6,758 bases of DNA from Paraspadella gotoi (Eukaryota; Animalia; Chaetognatha): positions 1 through 6,758 of the forward strand of contig JBJCIZ010001149.1 of NCBI GenBank assembly GCA_051294375.1. Reading direction: 5' to 3'. Below are positions 1 to 6,758 of this stretch, one piece after another. The notes under the pieces were generated by a model that was given only the letters and a program-made list of their open reading frames with translations, made no database searches and was not told the DNA's origin. A program made the translations under genes and the position numbers. The stretch's first letter is position 1. Each line of letters begins with the position of its first letter.

Positions 1-537
1 AGTCAAATTAAGTTAAATAAGTAACTTTTTTATCTCAGAAGATATTTTACTTACAATCACTATGTACCGCTAGAAAAAAAACAACCTTTTTTTAGCTGGA
101 AGGAGCGACTACAAACTACGCTTCTTCAGTCTGTACCGAACTGTCTGTGACGCTTTTTTCGCGTCTAACACTCTTCGTTTTTTTTACTGGAATCGATTAA
201 GCGGTTATGGGAGGAGTTGACAAAGCGGCATTCATCAGTCTGGGACCGCTAGGCCAACGCCGTCCAAAACTTTGTTTCGTCGTCAGGCGCCTGTTTGACA
301 GTTGTAAGCTGCAAATGCGACATCAGAGCGTGTGTGGATTTTTTTTGCGACAGAGAGTGTCAGTGGAAGGTCCACATTCTATGCACTTGCCCCAAAGCGA
401 AAAAGATTCCACTCCTTGAACTACGCTTCATTTACGATCAGCGGAACAAGGGAGTAGGACGGGGGAAAATGGCAATAGGCGCTATAGATCGACAAACTAC
501 AAAAACTCTTCAGAAAAAAATCGATCGGCAGTTGGAG

Positions 538-602
538 GTAATTTAAATTATTATTGATTAATTGTAATTAATGAGCTGTAATTAATTTTGAATTATATAA
601 CG
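538..602 (+). other. Putative intron 1 of the transposase
   Basis: Donor GAG|GTAATT at 538 is followed by an abrupt switch to very AT-rich sequence until ~600. The acceptor is not canonical as written (tataacg). Confidence 0.55.
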
Positions 603-751
603 GCTTCTTCCCGTTTTAACGCCGAATGTCTCGGTGGACCTCATTGAAGTAGAACCTCCATGCGCCCCTCCTCGTCTACTTATTAACGCTGAAGATCAAC
701 CAGATTCTTCGGAAGATTACGTTTTAGAAGGAGAGAAATTACATTTCAGTG

Positions 752-885
752 GTGAGACTTAGATTAAAACTTAATGATACTTCCAAAATTTTTATCTCTA
801 TCTTACAATTAAATATACTTTTAAAATATTTATTTTTCTTTCTTCCTAGTATATTTATGTATAAGTGCAATTGCTTTATTTTTAG
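752..885 (+). other. Putative intron 2 of the transposase
   Basis: Donor G|GTGAGA at 752, AT-rich body, acceptor tttatttttAG at 884-885 (alternative cttcctAG at 848-849). Homology resumes with RKY...EADRW. Confidence 0.65.
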
Positions 886-1311
886 GAGAAAATATTCCAG
901 ACGCCTCGCAATCATGGCCGTGAGGCAGATCGGTGGCCATACCGCGTAAATTCGAATCGGGATGAATCGCTTCAATCGCCACTGGGCGGTTTCTGATCGT
1001 CTAGCGGATCATCTACCCGGCGAGATCAGATCGCAGATTTCATCGACCGTAACATCAAAGTTCGACGTGCATACGAGATCGGATACAATACAACTTTGCA
1101 ATGAAGGCCTAACATATGTGCCGTGAATGGATATTTTTCGATGGAAAGGAAGTGGACTGTTGATAGATGATAGAAGATAGCGAAGGAAAATTGACGGTGT
1201 AAAGATCCTGTGGGGAATATTCTCACTCATTCTCCTCCCGGGGGAAAAGCATGAACATGACGAACGCTCTGTCAGCAACTTCTTAAACAAATGAATGTGA
1301 CAAACATCAAA

Positions 1312-1386
1312 GTTAGATCTTAATATTCTTATAATTATAAGAATCAGAAGTTAACCGATAAAATGAAGTAAAATTCTCTTTTTCAG
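1312..1386 (+). other. Putative intron 3 of the transposase
   Basis: GTTAGA at 1312 and a strong acceptor ttctctttttcAG at 1385-1386. Removal joins NIK to (V/L)GG-DST around the second catalytic Asp. Confidence 0.7.
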
Positions 1387-2530
1387 AGTTTTGGAGGTTG
1401 ATTCAACGCGGTAAAACACTGGCCTCGAGGCGGAAGGTCTTTGCCAGTCTGGAAAGGCCTGCTTTGGACGACGTGCCTCTGGTCAGTGTGTAATGCTCCA
1501 CACTAACGAGTTCCTCTACGCTCATCTAATCGAGCGATGCTAGTGGCGACTTCGGAAGAATAAACTTTTAAGGCAGAAATTGGACATGTTCTTCCAAGTA
1601 CAATATTTAATATGGAAGAGCTTCCTCCAATCTCTGCTGATGATATTAATATTTCTGAAGAGTGTTAATTGATTCTCTCTCGCGATCCAAAAAGATTTAT
1701 TTCTTTTGCCTTTAAGTCGGTTTGTTAAATGTGAATATCTCTTTGTATAGATAATTTATAAAGACTTGATCCCTGGTCCTTATTTTTACGCACCGGTATG
1801 GCTTTTACAACGCTTGTCATTTTATTCCTTCTACATGTAAAGATATCTTAAGTTTAAATGATGTCTAAAAATTCGTTTAATTAGATTGTACACTTTATTA
1901 TTTCGATTATTGTCCGCTCTTGGTTTTCGTATACAAAGCAGAACCATCATACTTTCTGGTCTCCTTTTCAACGTTTTGGCTCAGATACGCTTTCTACGTT
2001 TCCTGCCTAAGGCTTTAGCAAAATAGTTTCTCACTATGTTGTCTTTTTGCTCATCCAGAGATATATTTTAGTTTGCTATTGCTGCCTCTGACGTAGAGCT
2101 ACCGTGGTTTGCTGTCAAGTTCTTCAATAATTCGTAATGGCAGCACCAAAGTGACAGTTCTCCACGAATTTTGAACATACTCCTCTCACTTATATTGCGA
2201 TTCTATTTATGATATATCAACTGGGATGACATTACTGTTTCTGGAGCTCTATTTTTAACTGTCGATTCTTAACATTGAAGATATTAAGAAAATAGTAGAT
2301 GTTCCTAATTGCTTTAATTAAATTTTAATTGCATCGCAAGCCTGTTGAAGAGAATATTTAAGGAGTGACAGCGGCATGTCATCAGTTGTGGGTATTGATC
2401 GACCGATGGATTTTTAAAAGCTCGTAATCAAAGCTCGTGCCCTCATTTACAACTCTTAGAAACTAAAAAGAACTTTAATTCATTGTTTTCTGCTAGAAAT
2501 GTTATTATCTTGCAATTCTTACATACTGAA

Positions 2531-2536
2531 AATAAA
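2531..2536 (+). promoter_or_regulatory. Candidate polyadenylation signal of the transposase
   Basis: AATAAA ~50 nt after the transposase C-terminal motif; the hexamer is common by chance in AT-rich DNA. Confidence 0.3.
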
Positions 2537-2588
2537 AATAATATTGGTCATCATACTTTATTCTTGTTTACTCTTTTGTTTATTTAAG

Positions 2589-3670
2589 GCTCTGATTGGT
2601 GTTGGAGGTCCTACTTGACCTGAAAGCAAGCCAATGCAGTTAGAATCATAATGTATATCATATATTGTATAAAATCGATTTGTTATGTGTCCAAAATATT
2701 TTATGAATTTATTTGAGACAAAATCTTTCATAAGACAAGTTTCCACTGATTTTCGATGGAGATCATAGAACTGCTCCATCGCTCCTGGCTAATTGGTCTT
2801 GGTCCCATTGTTATCTTTCATTCTTTTTCGTTAGTGCATTTACCCATTCAATTATATCAAGTCATACTTATCATTTTAAATCATTTGTCCTTTAGTTCAT
2901 ATGTCAATTATTTGTTAGTATGTTAGTGATGTCTTTTTTCAGTACTTGTTATGTTTGGTTTTTTGATTATCATCACGGTCAATACAGTCGATACTTATCT
3001 TTTTATGTGGCTGTATATCTTATGTATGCATAGCTAATAACATTTTTTTATTGGTAACCGGTCATCATTATGCGACTTTTCATTGTGTCAATTCGTTAAT
3101 AAGTTCACGTCATTCTCCGTGCTGTATGTCTTTAATTTTTTAATTAGTCGGGCATCGTTATATGTCATTACGTCATTTTATAATAGCTGTAGGACTGATT
3201 ATTTTATAGTGTACAAGTGAACTTATGTTTTTAGATCATGTATAGTAGTGTGGAGTGAATAAAGTTGTGAGTTAACATATTTTCTTTGCTGCTTTTAGGG
3301 TACATTACGACACTAACGCCTAGCCCCTGGGGTATGCTAACGACAAACTCCTATGCCCCATCCACTCGCGCTCTGTACTCTCTCAACCACTTTGGTAACA
3401 GTCTTGTCAGACACCTCTCATAGGCCTTGAGGAACTGAGTGATGTTTTGGACCGGGATCTCTGTGGCGTATAATTCACACCGCCTCATGTCCATCATCGT
3501 TTGCCATAATCCCATTGGCTTGTATGGACTCATTATTATTAAGGATACCAGATTTTAAATTGAGCAATAAGCACTCCTGAAGTATTACATAGCAATTGGT
3601 AAATAATTTTCCAGATGATTTTTATATTGTTATAATTGTTCTTTCTTTTCTTTAAGATGCAGTGACCACG
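2589..3670 (+). pseudogene. Frameshifted multi-exon fragment of a nose-resistant-to-fluoxetine-6 (NRF-6)-like / O-acyltransferase-like gene (acyltransferase-3 domain)
   Basis: Family motifs in the correct order after tolerating indels: hydrophobic ALIGVG..LLD (2589-2620); NLFETKS (~2707-2727); FDG(I)RT....VL(G)HCY (2752-2814); VDTYLFM(S)GCISY (2987-3022); (R)YI(R)LTP after acceptor ttttAG 3297-3298 (3299-3321); FW (3445-3450); C..HW..MD-THYY (~3502-3539). T-rich hydrophobic codon content. Donor G|GTAAAT at 3599 and acceptor ctttcttttctttaAG at 3655-3656. May be a real gene obscured by sequencing error. Confidence 0.65.
3599..3656 (+). other. Putative 58-nt intron in the NRF-6-like gene
   Basis: GTAAAT donor, pyrimidine tract and AG; size similar to the other short introns in the window. 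Confidence 0.5.
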
Positions 3671-3719
3671 GTAAGAAGGCACTTTAATATTTTTTACTCC
3701 GAGTTTTTATATGCAATAT

Positions 3720-4052
3720 CATTATTTTTAAATTAATCTACTTACCGTAGTTCATATTACTTTTAATTGATTTAAAATAATAGTTTTATTGAATAATAGT
3801 TTACATTTTGTTCTGGCTTAAAGATCAATCGCTCACAACATTCAAATAGATAAAATTTAAATATCAAATTAATTAGCATATTTTGATAAATATTTAATTA
3901 TTATTTATATTGGTTTTTAATATTTGTTTATTTCTTTTTATTTACTTTATATAAAATAAAATTTATCTAAAATTTTACTTAAATATTTTTTTACATATTT
4001 TTTAAAATAAATTTATTTTAAAAGTAAAAAAATTAATCTAAAATTAAAAAAA
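3720..4052. repeat. Extremely AT-rich low-complexity intronic/intergenic sequence
   Basis: Nearly all A/T runs, especially 3850-4052; no coding signal seen. Confidence 0.6.
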
Positions 4053-4139
4053 TTGGAAGCCCGAACTCAGTATATTTTTGTAATGTTCTGGTTGTTGTAT
4101 GACTTGCACAGTAGATGATAACACCATAAAAACTTTTTA

Positions 4140-4171
4140 AGTCGGATCTGCCTTATCAGCAGATCCCGACT
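4140..4171. repeat. 5' inverted repeat/hairpin of the HINE-like element
   Basis: agtcgg-atctgc (4140-4151) pairs with gcagatcccgact (4159-4171), one bulge, 7-nt loop. Confidence 0.85.
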
Positions 4172-4283
4172 CTATAATTAAACTTTGGTCGGTCGTCGGT
4201 GCAACCCCCTCAATATTGTCAGAGCACTAACTTATATCATAATCAGAACATCGAAATTATGATAAATTATGCAAAAAAATGAT

Positions 4284-4350
4284 GTCCGTCACTGTCCGTC
4301 GAGACTGTCTGTCTGTCCGTTCCGTCCGTCCGTCCGTCCTACCGTCGTCC
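4284..4350 (+). repeat. (GTCY)n microsatellite
   Basis: gtccgtc...gtctgtctgtccgttccgtccgtccgtccgtcc...gtcgtcc seen directly; a known hallmark of DINE-1/HINE elements. Confidence 0.9.
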
Positions 4351-5725
4351 CACTTAGCTAAAAACACCAATTACTCGTGATTGATGGATGGATTGAAATA
4401 AATTTTGTGTGTGGGTAGGGAAGTGGTGTGATTGAGCTGGATATGAAGTTTCGATGGTGTTAGTAATATTTTAAAATTAGCTCTCCATTTAGATAATTTA
4501 ACCTTTACGTTCAAAATTCTGTTCTCTAAATTTTTTCCTCAGTTCGGCAAAAGTTGAATATTTCATAGATTCTCCAGGAACTCAGCGCCTATTTTTGTAA
4601 ACATTTAATTGTCTAAGTAGAAATAAACAAAGGAAGAGAGACGAGAGGGAGGCCGAAGATTTTTAGTAGCATAATCCATTTTTAGATCTCAAGGAATTAG
4701 AAGAACGCAAATATTTTTATCACTGTTTAATTTTCTAATCCTTTGGCAATCTACAAATTATTTCAGGTAACTTCAAAAAAACTAAATTAGACAGACAATG
4801 CAATAGTGTCAGCTCTCTATCACGTCATCTTTTGATGGGCCACAGACCACGTTAACCAACAATAGGATCGTCGCCGAGTGGAAATGAGTTTAAATGGAAA
4901 AACAAAAAATATATAATTCACTATTTGAACACCATGTGCCTCAATGAGTGGGATGGGGCGATTTGACCTGGAATTTTGTATGTGAGATAGGAGTGTGTGA
5001 TTTAAACAGGAAAACGCAAGTTTTGATGAAATCCGTTGAGTGGAAACATGAGTTTAAATGGAAAAAACCTGTTTAACTAATTGATTAGATTTTTTTTCCT
5101 TTATTTATGTATAATGGCAGATGTATTAATAAATCAATAATTAATCAGCAATTATTCATTAGTCAATTAATTAATCACATAATTATTAATCAGTCCAATC
5201 ATTCCGTACCATCCGTCACACGTTAGCAAAAAGCCAATAACTCGTGATGCTGGTTGGATCGGATGAATTTGTGTAGTGAGTAGGAACATGTGTGATGAAG
5301 CTGGATATAACGTTTCCGACGGAATCGTGCTGAGTGATATGAGTTTTAAAATTGCGAAAAAACATAAAGTCGCATTATACTAAAAATTATTTATACTTTA
5401 TTTTAACCAATAAATACTCTAAATTAATCAATAATTGGAATGGATAGATTTGGAGTTCAAATTTTGTGTGTGGGGTAGGAAAATGTGGTGGACGAAAGCT
5501 TGATATAAAGTTTCGGTAAACGAGTGGACAATGATGTTTAAATGAAAAAAAAATATGAGTCATTTACTTATGACTCATTTTACTTATTTTTAACCCATAA
5601 TAGTATTGAGTGGAAATTTTGTGAAGCGGGAAGGAACGTGTGTGAAGAAGCTAGATATAAGTTTGACGGATTGGTGCCAGTGGAATGAGTTTAAAATGAA
5701 AAAATATAAGTCACATTTACTTTTA
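4351..5725 (+). repeat. About five diverged internal repeat units (~130-180 bp)
   Basis: Units at ~4351-4457 plus ~4862-4925 (split), ~4945-5070, ~5218-5385, ~5435-5570 and ~5605-5725. Shared blocks: aaattttgtgtgtggg (4400-4415 = 5459-5474), gctggatat (4436, 5300), ctcgtgat (4374, 5241), atgagtttaaatggaaaaa (4884-4902 = 5048-5066). Confidence 0.85.
4458..4861. mobile_element. Probable solo LTR (404 bp) inserted in the first HINE repeat unit
   Basis: Begins TGTT and ends AACA. Flanks atgg (4454-4457) and atagg (4862-4866) resemble a 4-5 bp TSD with one indel. Removing it restores gtttcga.ggatcg..gccgagtggaaatgagttt, colinear with the other units. AATAAA at 4622-4627. Confidence 0.65.
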
Positions 5726-5839
5726 TTTTAAGGACAATGATGATGATAAACTGGTAATATAAAATTTAATAAATTAATTATAAATATTAAAATTATTAAT
5801 TAAATAATCCATTAAATTAATTAATTAATTAATTTTCGT

Positions 5840-5877
5840 AGGCAGATCGCGACATTGTTTTCTTCAAACTTGTTTTT
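5840..5877 (+). repeat. 3' subterminal inverted repeat and terminus of the HINE-like element
   Basis: aggcagatcgcgac is the reverse complement of gtcg(c)gatctgcct and sits ~20 nt from the T-run end, giving an asymmetric subTIR layout. Confidence 0.75.
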
Positions 5878-6758
5878 AAATAATTCTAATCATGGAAATA
5901 CACATGAAAAGAAAGTCACTGTGGCGCAAAAATTGGATACTGGATAGACCCGTTCTTGTATGCAAAAATTTATATTTGATTAAAGGAGGAAAAGTTTTTA
6001 ACTTTAGATGATAAGTCTTCATTAGCGCAAAAAATTAATAAATCTTTGTGATTTTTGAACAAATTATAAGGTTTGCATGTGTGAAAGTGAAAGAGGATAG
6101 AGGAAAGGTTTCCAAAAAAAATAAGAAAAAGACAGTGGGCAGGCTTATTAAAGACAGTTAAGTAATAGTTCTAAGAGTAGGGGTGAATGAAAGTTTGGAA
6201 ATCAAATTTAGCGTTATATTCTGAAAACTATTATATTAGTGAATACTAATGCTATAGTTATTTTTCTTTTTTATAAATTAGTAGCCCAGTCAAGCTTATT
6301 TTTGTATATAGTACTACCCTTATATAGATGTCATAATTCTGTTCTTTGTTAAATTCTGAGAACAGATTCAGATTCCTTGTTAAGTTGTTAAAATAAAATA
6401 TAAATATTTTTTCAAAAATTTATGTCATTAAGTAGGTTAAATTATAAAAAATCTATATTTCAAGCTCGAATTAAAATGGTATCTTAAATATATAGTTTTT
6501 TAAGATTTTTGACGCAACTTAATGAAAAAACTTTTTAAAAAAGATTTATACTTTCATATATTACTTTTTGCATCTTAAAATTTAAAAATTTGTATTTTGA
6601 AATTTTGCATTTATAATACTATTACTATATATTAATGTAGTCACTGGTGCCCAACAATGTATGAATTAAAAAAATAAATTTATTTAAGTATTTTTTATGG
6701 TTTTTATTTTCAACGTTTTATATGCTAAATTTTAATTTTCTAATTTATGCATTTTCAT

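Larger units (their letters stand above)
39..2478 (+). pseudogene. Frameshifted, intron-containing DDE transposase of the CxxH-type cut-and-paste clade (hAT-related; resembles hATm-like / Cc8K15.2-like invertebrate transposases)
   Basis: Motifs occur in the expected order when frameshifts are allowed: Cys-rich LFD..SCKC...CTCPKAKKIPLLELRFIYDQR..GKMAIGAID (ORF 295-546); EADRW (922-936); IDRNIKVRRA (1042-1071); IFFDG with first catalytic D (1140-1142); GG-DST..NTG with second D (1400-1423); C-MLHTNE CxxH motif (1489-1510); DSLS(R)DQ (~1671-1690); PGP (1772-1780); WF (~1921); FAHPE (2046-2060); INW (2216-2224); SQ.VE(R) with putative catalytic E (2334-2349); DGF (2405-2413); ETKKNF (~2459-2476). 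Motif recognition is from memory, and the subfamily name is tentative. Confidence 0.85.
1..2540 (+). mobile_element. DNA transposon body carrying the transposase; left end outside the window, right terminus not identified
   Basis: Inferred from the transposase. A splice acceptor (ttttttatctcAG, ending at 38) shows the gene begins upstream of the window. AATAAA at 2531-2536 follows the coding end. No TIR recognised, so the boundaries are approximate. Confidence 0.6.
4134..5877 (+). mobile_element. Non-autonomous Helentron-associated element (HINE / DINE-1 / Pearl-like architecture)
   Basis: Starts in TTTTT (4134-4138). 5' subTIR gtcggatctgcct (4141-4153) forms a hairpin with gcagatcccgact (4159-4171). 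GTCY microsatellite at 4284-4350, then internal diverged tandem repeats. 3' subTIR aggcagatcgcgac (5840-5853) is the reverse complement of the 5' subTIR with one indel, followed by a weak stem-loop gttt-tcttc-aaac and a cttgttttt end (5869-5877). Confidence 0.8.

Noticed and set aside
207-419. 70-aa + ORF
   Set aside because: Mostly an alternate frame of the frameshifted transposase exon; only short parts (e.g. RLFD) are in the real frame.
739-975. ORFs 739-975 (-) and 749-949 (+)
   Set aside because: They run through the AT-rich predicted intron 752-885; low-complexity translations.
1009-1290. Minus-strand ORFs 1009-1290 and 1026-1226
   Set aside because: Antisense shadows of the transposase exon carrying IDRN.KVRR and FFDG.
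2558-2779. 73-aa minus-strand ORF
   Set aside because: Antisense to the NRF-6-like exon; no recognisable motif.
2754-2812. 8-bp hairpin cgatggag/ctccatcg and 'cccattgt' resembling a Transib-like CACAATGGG terminus of the transposon
   Set aside because: The same bases are better explained as coding for the FDG(I)RT...VL(G)HCY motif; the terminal base does not match and no partner end is visible.
2830-3200. Recurrent gtca/tcat words suggesting a degenerate microsatellite or a gustatory-receptor exon
   Set aside because: No regular period; many gtc triplets share one frame and the VDT/SG motif points to acyltransferase-3 membrane helices.
3351-3533. 60-aa minus-strand ORF (MSPYKPMGLWQ...)
   Set aside because: Lies antisense to a + exon bounded by splice sites and containing YI(R)LTP, FW and HW..D motifs.
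4351-5725. CRISPR-like or prokaryotic repeat array
   Set aside because: Units are long, diverged and irregular with no repeat-spacer structure or cas genes, and the context is eukaryotic.
5750-5836. TTAA/ATTA palindromic runs (also ~5125-5195)
   Set aside because: Low-complexity AT sequence within the HINE; self-complementarity is expected by chance.
6335-6369. Imperfect inverted repeat aattctgttct / agaacagatt
   Set aside because: Short, AT-rich and isolated; compatible with chance.

Overview
AT-rich eukaryotic DNA, probably from an arthropod or other invertebrate, not prokaryotic. No intact long ORF exists because every coding stretch is broken by single-base indels, but the window can be read by frameshift-tolerant translation. 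(1) ~39-2478 (+): an intron-containing DDE/CxxH DNA transposase resembling hAT-related (hATm-like / 'Cc8K15.2-like') invertebrate transposases; its 5' end lies outside the window. (2) ~2589-3670 (+): exons of a NRF-6 / acyltransferase-3 family multipass membrane gene, starting only ~110 nt after the transposase ends. (3) ~4134-5877: an apparently complete non-autonomous Helentron-type (HINE/DINE-1-like) element with a 5' hairpin, asymmetric subterminal inverted repeats, a GTCY microsatellite and diverged internal tandem repeats. (4) 4458-4861: a TGTT...AACA solo-LTR-like insertion splitting the first internal repeat of that element. Similar indel damage in the host gene and the transposase suggests uncorrected long-read error may contribute. 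Family assignments come from recalled motifs and were not checked by search. I see no supportable wholly novel system; the main points of interest are the nested TE architecture, the transposase/NRF-6 junction and the spliced transposase.
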